A stretch of DNA of 64,000 nucleotides from Macrostomum lignano (GCA_002269645.1 NIVC01000043.1:1-64000); one strand, 5' to 3'. Counted from the first letter of the stretch, positions 38,466-52,300 are shown. Notes: a model not told the origin generated them from the sequence alone. Program-made: numbers and translations.

Positions 38466-40064
38466 AATCCGTTATTTAGTAGCCATTACAGGAGTACCGA
38501 ATTCTGAAAAGAAAAGTGCAAGTTTGATGAGTCGCTTTTTCTAAAAACTCAATCATATAACAGCTGGATGGAGCACTTTCATTTTGAGTACATTGGACCT
38601 TTGAGTCCAGCAGTGTCTTCAATTTTTACTCGACATCCCCTTTAAACATTGTACGTATGTTTGCTATGAACTTTTAAGGTAGAATAGGCGTAAAAGGTGT
38701 AAATTGGCCCCAACTTTCACATCATCAGGCAGTGTACGCCCTCTCCTAATTTATTGAACAAAAGCAAAGCAAAGCAGCAACCTCGGAGATCAACTGATCA
38801 CTTTCTGTGCATCATTAGCAAGAATATTTACGTTACACAAAACATCAAGGCAGAGATAACTGACAAGCGAATTTCCCAATTGCGCAAAATATTGCCATGA
38901 AGAAGAGCACACAGAAAAGACAGCCTGCAAACAACTGCGCAGCAACATGATGTTTGGTCTTGATCGCGCTTGACAATTATCCAGACAAAAAAGCATATTG
39001 GACAAATTCTAGGCGAGGCATGATGCTGGGAAAATAATCCCAGGATAGGATGAAGTTTTCTGGCCCGAAGGGAAGGGGGATCTGCTGCACAGCAGCCTCA
39101 GCCAGTGGCTGGAGCGGCATCCAGTGATGGAGAGAGGAAGCTGCATGCGTGGAGATTTTTAATAGGCCTTTGGTATGCCTTCACTATTGAGCCTCAATGG
39201 GCCAGTGGGCCAGTGGGAGACTGAGACAGCAAGAGTTGAACAGGTAAATGGAGAAATTGGAGCCGAGTTCCCAGCAGCCTCAGCCGCCCTACGCCTAGCA
39301 GATCGCTTAGTCCTGGCTAATTATGTAAGTAGTCCCGCACCTTGCTTCCTCTCTCTCTTTTGCTTTAATGACATTCATTATCTATTCTGCGTTTGGGCTG
39401 TTCATGCCTGTCCATCTGCCCAGTGCGTCAATTAGGGTCTTGCATGAGCGCTGCTCATGATACTTACTGGTTTAGCTGACTAAGTGTTGAGCACCTCCAT
39501 CTAGCTGCTGTGGGCTATTTTTAGTGAGATCGCTTCACCTGGGACTTCGAAATTGATTACTAAATATCTGTTTTACTAGCGTAGGGATGAAAAGTCAGGG
39601 CGCAGACTGTGCACATGCTGCGTGGGCATATTCATCCGGGCAGGTAACTTTAATAAGCTAATTAGAATAGTATCTATACAGAAATGAAAAAGAGGCGTGC
39701 ATTTGTATGGCAAAGAATACAAGTCCTTCTCAACATGTAGATGTCCGAGTGAAGAAGAGGCTGCAACACGAGTAGATGAAAATGAAACGAGTTTGAGATA
39801 GAAAGAAGCAAGGATGGCTACGGACTTGGGAGGAACAACCAAAAAGGACGCGGCATTTTTGCTTGGTAATTTGATTAGGCCTGCAACTGTGCACGGATCA
39901 TAAAGCATCCTTGCTCGGCCCAGATCCTCTGGCCTGGCCTGGGCGTGTTGCTAAGACGCTGTGGATGCAAGACAAAAAACGCTTGGGTAGCAAACAGTTC
40001 TCTGGTTCTTTGTATTAGTACATGTGCATTCGGACTGGGCTACGAGCTGGCTCCTGTGTGTGAT

Positions 40065-40250
40065 GAGACACTGTGTGTGTCTAGTGTGACATTGTGTTTC
40101 TGATATGACATTGTGGGAGTGCTTAATGTGACATCGTGTGTTTCCAATGTGACATTATGTGCCTGATATGACATTGTGGGAGTTGCTTAATGTGACATCG
40201 TGTGTTTCCAATGTGACATTGTGCGTTCCCGATGTGACGATGTGACATTT
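40065..40250. repeat. Degenerate gtgacat-based tandem repeat
   Basis: Recurrent gtgacattgtg and gtgacatcgtg, with an internal duplication of about 60 bp. Confidence 0.8.
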
Positions 40251-40908
40251 GGTTGCCCAATCAACCGATTCCCAGATTTCATGGACTAAAAGAGCTTGCA
40301 ATTTCGTTACACAGGAAAGTCTGAGAAAGGCACTTTATTTAGAGCTTCAAATGTGATAAGCAATATCTTAAAGGACATATGTGAATGCTATTTATTTGGA
40401 AATGTGCGACTTAGATCAACCTCGAGGATATTGCAGGGAGACAGTTGCTAAATAGGGCCTCCCTTGCACTGCTATTGGGAAGCTACAAGCCCTGCAGATA
40501 TTATACACTGCTTCACCGATAACCAACGAAACAATGATAAAAATCCAATGTATGTATCGTATTGCCATTCAACAGAAATTTATTTCCCGCCTAAATTTCA
40601 ATTCCAGCAGCGATGTCAACTATCCCTCTGTAGCCCTGTGCTCATTCAGAGCAATGAATATATACTGGAAAATACAAATTCAACGGATTAAAAGAAGGGT
40701 TGAGTTGAAATGCATTTCCTTCCTCCGCATGGGAGCATTTGATCTTTTCCAAAAATAAAATGAAAGACCGGTATGCCCGCTGTTATTGCATGTCTTCAAT
40801 TGAATGATGATAAAATATACTGATACTTGTTTCAGTTATTTCATATACCGTCGCGGTAACTAGTCCATTCGCAAAACACCTCGATAATGCAAATACCATC
40901 AGCGAAAA

Positions 40909-41390
40909 GCACCCTCAAACACCCTCAAACATCCTAAAAAACCTTAAACACCCTCAAAGACCCTCAAACACCCTCATACACCCTCAAACGCCCTCAAAGA
41001 CCCTCAAAGACCCTCAAAGACCCTCAAACACCCTCAAACACTCTTCAACACTCTCAAACACTCCCATACACCCTCAAACACCCTCAAACGCCCTCAAATA
41101 CCCTCAAACACCCTCAAACACTCTTCAACACTCTCAAACACTCCCATACACCCTCAAACACCCTCAAACACCCTCAAAGACCCTCAAACACCCTCAAACA
41201 CTCTTCAACACTCTCAAACACTCCCATACACCCTCAAACACCCTCAAACGCCCTCAAATACCCTCAAACACCCTCAAACACTCTTCAACACTCTCAAACA
41301 CTCCCATACACCCTAAAACACCCTAAAACACCCTCAAACATCCTCAAACACCCTCAAACACCCTCAAGCACCCTCAAACACCCTCAAACA
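40909..41390. repeat. 10-bp minisatellite (acaccctcaa) with higher-order blocks
   Basis: The block ctcttcaacactctcaaacactcccataca recurs four times within the array. Confidence 0.95.
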
Positions 41391-41440
41391 CTGATTATCA
41401 ACCCGTAAAACCCTACAAACCGTTCTCCCTCCCTTCGCAG

Positions 41441-41821
41441 GACCCTCTGCCCATGGCTGCACGATGCCTGCAGCAACTATTGGCGACTGGCCCTGTCTCT
41501 ATTCACGCCAGAAAAGAGTGCCCGCGATCCCCGGGCAGCAGCAGCAGCCGGGGTGGAAAAGGCGGCTACGGCATCGACAGCAGCTGCCGAAGGAGTTGAC
41601 GACGACTCCGACGAGGTGTTCCTGCGCGAGCACCAGCCGCAGCGGCAGCAGCAGCGGCAGCCGCACTGCCAGGAGCCCACACGGTTTGTGCGTACCAAAT
41701 TTTCTAGAAGAGATTCTCAACAATCGCAGCGCGAGCGTCAGCGCAAGAAGCGCCAACGAATTTGCCTCGGCGGCTTGCATCATTCGGACTCGAGAAGCAG
41801 TGATGGCGGCCCGATCTACAG
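41441..41821 (+). CDS. Probable internal coding exon (381 nt, phase 2-2) of an unidentified gene
   Basis: Polypyrimidine acceptor ctccctcccttcgcag| and donor |gtgaat enclose the open frame TLCPWLHDACSNYWRLALSLFTPEK...DDDSDEVFLREH...RERQRKKRQR. GC-rich compared with the flanks. Confidence 0.6.
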
Positions 41822-41889
41822 GTGAATGATATTCCTTTACCCGCTCATTTCGCATCTTCGCATCTCGCATCATTTCGTATGCAGAGCCG

Positions 41890-42060
41890 CACTCAACACA
41901 CACAGGGTGTACAGCGCCCTGACTTTCGAATCGCCAGGCAGAGTGTAGTGAGTGTGAGTGAGGGGTCGGCCCTCATGGGCGTGAGGTGCAAGACAAGCCT
42001 CAAATTAACCGAATCGAACCATTGTACCTTGATTTACCGCTAGGGCTGCTCTGCCCATGC
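41890..42060 (-). mobile_element. Putative second SINE family, copy 2
   Basis: Minus-strand B box GGTTCGATTC (plus 42009-42018); blocks gtgtacagcgccctgacttt and ggccctcatgggcgt also occur at 55545-55619. Confidence 0.45.
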
Positions 42061-42099
42061 ACTATGCACTTTAACCGCTTATAACTCTATCATTTACGC

Positions 42100-42474
42100 C
42101 AGGGGTTGGCAAGCTCTTGCCCGCAAAGCCTCTCTATCCGGCCCTCGGGTCCTTTGAAACTTCACAATAGCAATCCGATCCGCACAAGGTTTGCATCTCC
42201 TCTCAGCTCTATTCTCTCACCTTAACTCATCTTATCTCCTCTCTTCTCCTCACCCCTCCCCTCTCCTCTCCTCTCCTCTCCTCTCCTCTCCTCTACTCTT
42301 CTGTCTTCTCTTTTCTCCTCCTATTTAATCTCCATTCTCCTCTCTCCTCTCATCTCCTCTCATCTCTTTATTCCTAGCCTCTTCTTTCTCCTATCTCTCT
42401 TCTCTGTTCCCTCTCTTCTCTCCCTTCCTCTGGCCGGCAGTTTGCCCTTTAGGTAAAAATTTTTCCAACCCCTG
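42100..42474. mobile_element. hAT-superfamily MITE
   Basis: TIRs CAGGGGTTGG...CCAACCCCTG; 8-bp flanks atttacgc and atttaagc (7/8 match, TSD); CT-rich interior. Confidence 0.85.
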
Positions 42475-43124
42475 ATTTAAGCCGTGTCTCCCGAAGCTGC
42501 TCAGTTACTTACTCAGTGGCATTTGATTGCTAAACGCCATCAAAAGATGACAAATAATTCAGTGCAGTTAAATTGAACCCATCTTTATAGATAACCAATG
42601 AGCTTCTCTCCAGCACTGCATATCTACGGGGAATAGTTTAAAATGAATATCACAGATATATCTCGAATATATTACTTTCTTTCTTTAGTCCGGCTGCTCA
42701 GCAAGTTGTAACTTTTTTCGAACGTGATCTCTTGAGTCTTCCGGCTCTAGTAGCTGTTGAGTATTTTTCTACCGCATATTCCTTGACTCATTTCCTCGAG
42801 ACTTGATGAAGCTGTGATTTGGGCAATTTGGGACGTTATCAGCTCGCTCGAGCGGAGAGGATCTCTGATATCTATACTGCTGTGGGCGGTGGGTAAGTTA
42901 TCTCGCAGGTTTAGCAAATTCCGTCATATTTATGAGTCATTTTCCTCGTGACTTTTTGCGACCTCTGTATTTCTATCCCTGTCTTCCATTTCCGAAATTA
43001 TTTTTTCGGTCTTGCTCATCAGGGATTTAGGATTAAGACTCTTAGCGATTAGCACAGCTTACAGCTTCAGTTACAGTTATGAAGATTCGGAAGAGGTGCC
43101 TCGTGGGGATTCGGAGGTGTACCG

Positions 43125-43326
43125 AGAAAATTCGGAGATGGTGCTACGTCAAGATTCGGAGGTGATGCTATGTCAAGATTCGGAGGTAGTGCTACGTCAA
43201 GATTCGGAGGTGATGCTACGTCAAGATTCGGAGGTGATGCTACGTCAAGATTCGGAGGTGATGCTACGTCAAGATTCGGAGGTGGTGCTACGTCAAGATT
43301 CGGAGGTGGTGCTACGTCAAGATTTT
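43125..43326. repeat. 24-bp minisatellite (cgtcaagattcggaggtgatgcta)
   Basis: About 8 copies. Both the RQDSEVML and SRFGGDAT frames are open, but the variation is non-synonymous in each. Confidence 0.9.
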
Positions 43327-46010
43327 GAGAATAAAGTGACGCGCGTAAAGACACAGTGAAGCACGAGTGCTGACTATATTATTACACGTATTACACGTTT
43401 TGTCGCGTACAAATCACTCAACTATCAACGAACACCCCGGTCACACAGTTTTCTGACCTCTTGACCCGTCTGAAAGTTGTTACTGCTAAGTTCATCGCGC
43501 ACGAATTCTCTTACATCTCGTGCATCCGGAGTGGAGGCAAAGTAGACGAGCAGAAGCCGCATTCCGAGCTGGTGAGGATGCTGTTGGCAATTAATCGCAG
43601 CAGGGCAAGAGAAAGCGAGCTCACTAGACTCAAGGAGAAGGCTACTAGAATTTTCGCCACCCCCCCCCCCAGTAGAGAAAAAGAGCAAAGCTTGGGGGAC
43701 GGAAGCTTGTCTTGATTGCAAACAAACCACTGCTGCAGCAGACTCTCCTATCTGATGGTGTTGAACCCCAGAAGTCGGCATGCGAATTCTCTCCACTGCA
43801 CGATGGGGCGACGAGAGGGGCGCTTGCGGGCAGAGAGAAAAGCGGCCTGGACGAGAAAAAAGCCTTAGACTGAAGAGTTGGTTGGAGGGCAAGCGCTTTG
43901 GTGTCGGGCCTGGCCAAGCTCATGGCTATGCAGCGCTGCGCCTCCACCGCACCCCCGACTGGACTTCCGCCTCGATTTTGGAGTGATCTGCAAAGTCAAA
44001 ATCCTCGACTAACCCCCTGCGCCCCCAGTTCCTCCTCCTCTGCGACTAAACTGTGTGGAGTTCTGAACAAACCAAGAAAGTCAGAGGGTCGCTCAGTTTT
44101 GCTGCGGACTTTTTTCGGCTTCTCAAGTTCGAATAAACTCTTTGACTACTGGGTTAGAGCTCGGCTGAGAAGGGCAAATTATTATAGGATTAGTCACGAT
44201 TTGCTCGAATTCGATGACTTGAGTAGGACGCGGCGCACGCTTTCAAATTTTTTCTGTAACTGAACTGCAATTACTTTTTCCTCAAAGTGCATTGTAAATC
44301 CACCCGGGCTTTGTTTTAAAGGGCTTTTTGCGTTTAATTCAAGATCTAAAAAATGACTGTCAGTCAGATTTTTATCATTTTAATGGCTCAGCTTTATCAT
44401 TCAACGCATCAAACAAATAAAACTCTGGCAATGCTTCCTCGAGAACCTTTGCAATACATTTTCCAAGAGTTTGCTTCTAGTGGTCGTTGAAGTAGGTTAT
44501 CCTTACTAGTTTAAACCTATAGAAGCTAGCTGATAGATCCTAGGCTCCTTGATATGAAACAGGCACCCCTCTGTAAGTCATACGCTTGAAGCTGCTCGAC
44601 TTTTGAACTTGGACTATATCTAGAGGCTGGACTGCGCTCTTAAAAGGCCTCATCTTGAATGACCCTTCGGTCTGACCTGAATTTTAGTCCGGTTGCTCAA
44701 CTCCGCTCTAAAGGCTCTAAAAGAGCTCAATTCTCAATTTCTATTCTTTCTCTCTTCTTACCTCTAACCCTTCTCATTCTTCTTCAGCTTTACTGACTTG
44801 AGACCATTCCATCATATAGGGCCTGCTGGCTGAGAGGCCGGGCCCAAAATCTTATTATACACAGTAAGAGCGAGGGAGGCCAAAAAGGGAGAGAGCTAGG
44901 GGAGGGGGGCATTTCCTGGGGCTAGCAGTATAGGGAATCATGCCACAGAGCCCCGCTTTAATCCCCGCCGCCACCGCTGTGTCCCACCTTCCTGAGCTAT
45001 TATCCCATCACGGCTGGCGGCGGCGCAGGTCTGGGGTTGCTCGGGCAGGAAGACCCGATCCCTGGTACAAATCCGTGCCTGATTTTTGAGCAGCCCAGTC
45101 TAAGCTGGGGGGTTGCTTGTGTGCTCAAGACACTGTTCAAACACTGATTTTCAAGAGCGCGCATACTAGTTTTATGCTCCGATGCTCTTTAAAGATTGCG
45201 TGAAGTGATTGCACCTCCTTGCGGTGCAATTTCAGCAATAAGTTCATGCTTAATTGAGTCCTAATTGAGCTGAAAAAACTTCACAATGAGATGCTGCTTG
45301 GAGAACTAATGAATTTTATTAGCCAACTTCCTATGCACTGGGATGGCGTGCTCATCTTCAGTCGCCCTATGCCATCTCAGAATTATCAGATGCTCATCCC
45401 TCATGCCAGCCACCTGACATGCTCTGTTCTTAGAAAAGATCGAATTCCGGATCGAACGGGTCAGCGTGTCGAAAATTCTCCCTCAAGAAAATCCATAGAT
45501 GTTCCATTAGCAACAAAATGAACGGGAAAAGTATTTATACGGCTCGTAGCATGCTAGTTAGGATTTGCACCTGTCTACTCATTTGGGTTCATTTTTATGC
45601 GTACTTTATCCAGTTCTGTGCTAGATTCCTCTCAACTCAACCAGCTGCGTTCAAATCTGTCGCAGGTGAACAGACGCTAAGAAGTTAGTTGGAAATTTGC
45701 ATGTGCATGTAACTCTGCCTATTTTCCACCGTTAAGTTGACGCGCTTCGATCCTAAAAAAATAATCCAGAAGGTTATGCCCTTATTCAAGTTTTTTTGTT
45801 AAAGCGCACAATTAAAGTTTTTGTCCGGTGAAGTTTCTTGATTCGAAGAAAAAAGCGTTCACTTGAAAAATAAAAACACTACTACTCAAGAACAAATCAA
45901 AGGTCAACAAAACATGTCCAATTGTAGAATGCTGGTAGAGTCGCTCGCTTGGCGAGAAGAATAAATAGAAAGCTTAATATCAACATTTGAATATGATTGC
46001 AATTTCTAAC

Positions 46011-46054
46011 AACTTCAACGCGTTTCGCACGCCATGGTGCATCGTCAGGATTTT
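46011..46054 (-). ncRNA. Minimal type I hammerhead ribozyme motif (Penelope-type)
   Basis: Reverse complement of CTGACGA-t-gcac-catggc-gtgc-GAAA-CGCGTT; identical to the copy at 55334-55377. Confidence 0.75.
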
Positions 46055-46383
46055 ATCAGGATGTCAGGATTTTGTGTAGGTCACGTTCTCCGCGTTTTCT
46101 GAACAGTGAGTGACACAGTCGTGCACGCTGTGTACACTTAGCTTGACGTTCAATTACTTAAGCTAGCTACCGCCCCTGATTCTGCCTTTTGACCACTGGA
46201 CAAGAATTGTGTACATTTGGCTTAACTTTCAATCTCAATCTATAATTCTCTCTCCTACCTACTATACCTATGTATGTTGTTAAAGCCAAGTTGTAATCAA
46301 TTGTTTTCAATCTTACCCTCCTTACCTGTGTACGTTGCAAAAACCAATATTTAATCAATCGCTTTCAATCTCAATTTCTCAAA

Positions 46384-49300
46384 TCTCCTAATACTAAAAC
46401 CGACGCGATGTTTGTCTGTCTGTATGTCTGTCTGTCTGTATGTAGCAAGTGAACTCCTACAATTCTGCCAAGTCAACGTCGAAACTTATATGGGAAAACT
46501 GCAAATTTTCCGGAGCAGGCTTTAGGCTATTTTAATTTTTAATTTTCACATTTTAACATCCCTAAAAAAGCAGAAAACTGCTTTTTTAACCCCCAATAAC
46601 CTTCTTTGGTCACTCTGCCTGGGGCTTCAGCCAGTTTGTAAAAATAGCCACCCCAACCTCCGCCCGCGGGCCGCTGTGTATTGAGGGGTGGTGGGTGCGC
46701 GTGTTCTGCGTTCAATGCAAATAAAACCCCGCGTGTTGGGGGGTCGAGTTAAATTTAATGCTTCCCCCAGAACGGGGGTTGGGCTTGGGCTGAGTGTACA
46801 TAGCAGTTGTACAGTGTAAATAGATAGACTGTGTCGAAATTCATTTGGTTTTATTATCGGCGCCTTTTTTCTCCATAGGCAGCCAGCCCTGTGTATTAGC
46901 TTGGCAGTGAAATTCAATGAATTGCGACTGCGAGCTTCTCTAGCAAGCAGTCGGGAAATCGGTAAATTTCAAACGCTAACTGTTCCTCGAGTTTTAAACT
47001 TTGAGAGGAGAGACTTATATTGCTGGAAAGATCTTGCAACGCTGAGTTTGGGGATATAAGTTGTTTGCTTTAAATATGAAAAGAAAAAGCACAGCATTTA
47101 AAAAACTATTTCCATACTTTTAACTTTCTGCAAAAATTGTACTCAGTTTTGCGAGACGTAATAGATAAAGTTGGGCGTATTGGAAGGGGGTCTGCCGCTG
47201 CGTATTGGAGGGTTGATTTAGATTGCGCAACCGTTTATTTAACTTTAAATAAGACTGATACTGTCTGACTGAGAAATGGTTTGCGCAATAAATTGATTCA
47301 ATTAATTCAACACGCAGCTCTGTGCAGCTCGAACCCTAACCCTAACCAATGAATTCTGAGAGTTAAGTTCTTTTTGACAGAGAAAATTTCGATTGAGTCC
47401 AGTTTCACGGAGTATTCTGATGGTTTTCGGTTTCACGGAGAGGATTTCTTTTTCGTGGAGAGAATCTAGATGTATTTCTGTTTTACGGAGACGATTTTGA
47501 TGGATGTCAGTTTCACTCAGAGGATTTCCATGGAGCCCAGTTTCACGGAGAGGATTTCTGTTTGGCGGATTGGATTTCGAAAGGAGTCCAGTTTCACGGA
47601 GAGGGTTTCTGTTTCGCGGAGAGGATTTCTATTTCGCGGAGAGGATTTCTGTTTCATGGAGGGATTTTGATGGATTTGGTATCTTCAGTCAGTCAGTAAA
47701 GAGAGTAAAGAGAAGAGTGAAAAGAGAAGAGAGAAGAGTGAAAAGAGAAGAGAGAAGAGTGAAAAGAGAAGAGAGAAGAGATTATAGAAAAGAGAGTAGA
47801 GATGAGAGAGGACAGATTAGACATGACAGATGGGAGAGAAGAGGGGAGTAAGGCGGGAACGAAGATGGAGAGAGAAGAAAAGAGGAGAGAGGAGATGAGA
47901 GGGAAGATATGAGATAGCAGAGGGAGACAGGAGAGAGGAGAGGAGAGAGAAGAGAGGAGCTGAGAGTAGAGGAGAAAGAAATAGTGAGATGAGGCATGAG
48001 GGATGAGAGATGAGAGAGGAGAGAAGAGAGGAGAGAGGAAAAAACAGGGGATAAAGGAGACAGGAGAGAAAGACGAAAGACGAGGGAGAAGAGATAAATA
48101 AGGTGGTAGAGATGAGAGACGTGAGAGGAGAGAAAAGAGAAGAGAGGAGACAGAAGAATCTGAGTCTGGACAATGGCAGTCAGTTTTTGCGAACAGGGAA
48201 AACAAGATATGGTATTTGAAAGGCTTTACAGAGGATTTGGAGATGATTTGGAAGATGGGATTCAAGTCATGGAATTTCCGCTGATGGATTTCAGGGAATG
48301 GAATTCCGGTGATGGGAGTTCTTCCCCTTTCTCCTCCAGAGGAGGAGTTGGCCTCGTCCTAATACTAAAACCGACGCGATGTTTGTCTGTCTGTATGTCT
48401 GTCTGTCTGTATGTAGCAAGTGAACTCCTACAATACTGCCAAGTCAGCGTCGAAACTTATATGGGAAAACTGCAAATTTTCCGGAGCAGGCTTTAGGCTA
48501 TTTTAATTTTTAATTTTCACATTTTAACATCCCTAAAAAAGCAGAAAACTGCTTTTTTAACCCCCAATAACCTTCTTTGGCCACTCTGACTGGGGCTGCA
48601 GCCAGTTTGTAAAAATAGCCACCCCAACCTCCGCCCGCGGGCCGCTGTGTATTGAGGGGTGGTGGGTGCGCGTGTTCTGGGTTCAATGCAAATAAAACCC
48701 CCGCCTGTTGGGGGGTTGAGTTAAATTTAATGATTCCCCCAGAACGGGGGTTGGGCTTGGGCTGAGTGTACATAGCAGTTGTACAGTGTAAATAGATAGA
48801 CTGTGTCGAGATTCATTTGGTTTTATTATTGGCAGCCCTGTGTATTAGTTTGGCAGTGAAATTCAATGAATAAACTTGCGAGCTTCTCTAGCAAGCAGTC
48901 GGGAAATCGGTAAATTTCAAACGCTAACTGTTCCTCGAGTTTTAAACTTTGAGAGGAGAAACTTATATTGCTGGAAAGATCTTGCAACGCTGAGTTCGGG
49001 GATATAAGTTGTATGCTTTAAATATGAAAAGAAAAAGCACAGCATTTAAAAAACTATTTCCATACTTTTAACTTTCTGCAAAAATTGTACTCAGTTTTGC
49101 GAGACGTAATAGATAAAGTTGGGCGTATTGGAAGGGGGTCTGCCGCTGCGTATTGGAGGGTTGATTTAGATTGCGCAACCGTTTATTTAACTTTAAATAA
49201 GACTGATAGATTCATTTGGTTTTATTATTGGCAGCCCTGTGTATTAGTTTGGCAGTGAAATTCAATGAATAAACTTGCGAGCTTCTCTAGCAAGCAGTCG

Positions 49301-52300
49301 GGAAATCGGTAAATTTCAAACGCTAACTGTTCCTCGAGTTTTAAACTTTGAGAGGAGAGACTTATATTGCTGGAAAGATCTTGCAACGCTGAGTTCGGGG
49401 ATATAAGTTGTATGCTTTAAATATGAAAAGAAAAAGCACAGCATTTAAAAAACTATTTCCATACTTTTAACTTTCTGCAAAAATTGTACTCAGTTTTGCG
49501 AGACGTAATAGATAAAGTTGGGCGTATTGGAAGGGGGTCTGCCGCTGCGTATTGGAGGGTTGATTTAGATTGCGCAACCGTTTATTTAACTTTAAATAAG
49601 ACTGATACTGTCTGACTGAGAAATGGTTTGCGCAATTAATTGATTCAATTAATTCAACACGCAGCTCTGGGCAGCTCTAACCCTAACCCTAACCAATGAA
49701 TTCTAAGAGTTAAGTTCTTTTTGACAGAGAAAATTTCGATTGAGTCCAGTTTCACGGAGTATTCTGATGGTTTTCGGTTTCACGGAGAGGATTTCTGTTT
49801 CGCGGAGAGGATTTCTGTTTCGCGGAGAGGATTTCTGTTTCGCGGAGAGGATTTCTGTTTCGCGGAGAGGATTTCTGTTTCACGGAGGGATTTTGGTATC
49901 TTCAGTCAGTCAGTAAAGAGAGTAAAGACAAGAGTGAAAAGAGAAGAGAGAAGAGATTATAGAAAAGAGAGTAGAGATGAGAGAGGACAGATTAGACATG
50001 ACAGATGGGAGAGAAGAGGGGAGTAAGGCGGGAACGAAGAGGGAGAGAGAAGAAAAGAGGAGAGAGGAGATGAGAGGGAAGATATGAGATAGCAGAGGGA
50101 GACAGGAGAGATGAGAGGAGAGAAAAGAGAGGAGCTGAGAGTAGAGGAGAAAGAAATAGTGAGATGAGGCATGAGGGATGTGAGATGAGAGAGGAGAGAA
50201 GAGAGGAGAGAGAAGAAAACAGGGGATAAAGGAGACAGGAGAGAAAGACGAAAGACGAGGGAGAAGAGATAAATAAGTTGGTAGAGATGAGAGACGTGAG
50301 AGGAGAGAAAAGAGAAGAGAGGAGACAGAAGAATCTGAGTCTGGACAATGGCAGTCAGTTTTTGCGAACAGGGAAAACAAGATATGGTATTTGAAAGGCT
50401 TTACAGAGGATTTGGAGATGATTTGGAAGATGGGATTCAAGTCATGGAATTTCAGCTGATGGATTTCAGGGAATGGAATTCCGGTGATGGGAGTTCTTCC
50501 CCTTTCTCCTCCAGAGGAGGAGTTGGCCTCGTCCTAATACTAAAACTGACGCGATGTTTGTCTGTCTGTCTGTATGCATTAAGTGAACTCCTACAATTCT
50601 GCCAAGTCAGCGTCGAAACTTATATGGGAAAACTGCAAATTTTCCGGAGCAGGCTTTAGGCTATTTTAATTTTTAATTTTCACATTTTAACATCCCTAAA
50701 AAAGCAGAAAACTGCTTTTTTAACCCCCAATAACCTTCTTTGGCCACTCTGACTGGGGCTGCAGCCAGTTTGTAAAAATAGCCACCCCAACCTCCGCCCG
50801 CGAGCCGCTGTGTATTGAGGGGTGGTGGGTGCGCGTGTTCTGGGTTCAATGCAAATAAAACCCCCCGCGTGTTGGGGGGCTGAGTTAAATTTAATGCTTA
50901 ACCCAGAACGGGGGTTGGGCTTGGGCTGAGTGTACATAGCAGTTGTACAGTGTGAATAGATAGACTGTGTCGAGATTCATTTGGTTTTATTATTGGCGCC
51001 TTTTTTCCATAGGCAGCCCTGTGTATTAGTTTGGCAGTGAAATTCAATGAATAAACTTGCGAGCTTCTCTAGCAACTTAGCAAGCAGTCGGGAAATTGGT
51101 AAATTTCAAACGCTAACTGTTCCTCGAGTTTTAAACTTTGAGAGGAGAAACTTATATTGCTGGAAAGATCTTGCAACGCTGAGTTCGGGGATATAAGTTG
51201 TTTGCTTTAAATATGAAAAGAAAAAGCACAGCATTTAAAAAACTATTTCCATACTTTTAACTTTCTGCAAAAATTGTACTCAGTTTTGCGAGACGTAATA
51301 GATAAAGTTGGGCGTATTGGAAGGGGGTCTGCCGCTGCGTATTGGAGGGTTGATTTAGATTGCGCAACCGTTTATTTAACTTTAAATAAGACTGATACTG
51401 TCTGACTGAGAAATGGTTTGCGCAATTAATTGATTCAATTAATTCAACACGCAGCTCTGTGCAGCTCGAACCCTAACCCTAACCAATAAATTCTGAGAGT
51501 TAAGTTCTTTTTGACAGAGAAAATTTCGATTGAGTCCAGTTTCACGGAGTATTCTGATGGTTTTCGGTTTCACGGAGAGGATTTCTTTTTCGTGGAGAGA
51601 ATCTAGATGTATTTCTGTTTTACGGAGACGATTTTGATGGATGTCAGTTTCACTCAGAGGATTTCCATGGAGCCCAGTTTCACGGAGAGGATTTCTGTTT
51701 GGCGGATTGGATTTCGAAAGGAGTCCAGTTTCACGGAGAGGGTTTCTGTTTCGCGGAGAGGATTTCTGTTTCGCGGAGAGGATTTCTGTTTCGCGGAGAG
51801 GATTTCTGTTTCACGGAGGGATTTTGATGGATTTGGTATCTTCAGTCAGTAAAGAGAGTAAAGAGAAGAGTGAAAAGAGAAGAGAGAAGAGATTATAGAA
51901 AAGAGAGTAGAGATGAGAGAGGACAGATTAGACATGACAGATGGGAGAGAAGAGGGGAGTAAGGCGGGAACGAAGAGGGAGAGAGAAGAAAAGAGGAGAG
52001 AGGAGATGAGAGGGAAGATATGAGATAGCAGAGGGAGACAGGAAAGATGAGAGGAGAGAGAAGAGAGGAGCTGAGAGTAGAGGAGAAAGAAATAGTGAGA
52101 TGAGGCATGAGGGATGAGAGATGAGAGAGGAGAGAGGAGAAAACAGGGGATAAAGGAGACAGGAGAGAAAGACGAAAGACGAGGGAGAAGAGATAAATAA
52201 GGTGGTAGAGATGAGAGACGTGAGAGGAGAGAAAAGAGAAGAGAGGAGACAGAAGAATCTGAGTCTGGACAATGGCAGTCAGTTTTTGCGAACAGGGAAA

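Noticed and set aside
35240-39950. Scattered 60-145 aa ORFs as one gene or a transposase
   Set aside because: No consistent splice phases or recognisable domains could be established by eye.
43082-43329. SRFGGDAT repeats as an RFamide precursor
   Set aside because: No basic cleavage residue follows RF-G, there is an in-frame stop just upstream with no signal peptide, and the variation is non-synonymous.
43425-45120. Possible gag or DIRS-type retroelement remnants
   Set aside because: GC-rich and ORF-like, but I found no diagnostic motifs or termini.
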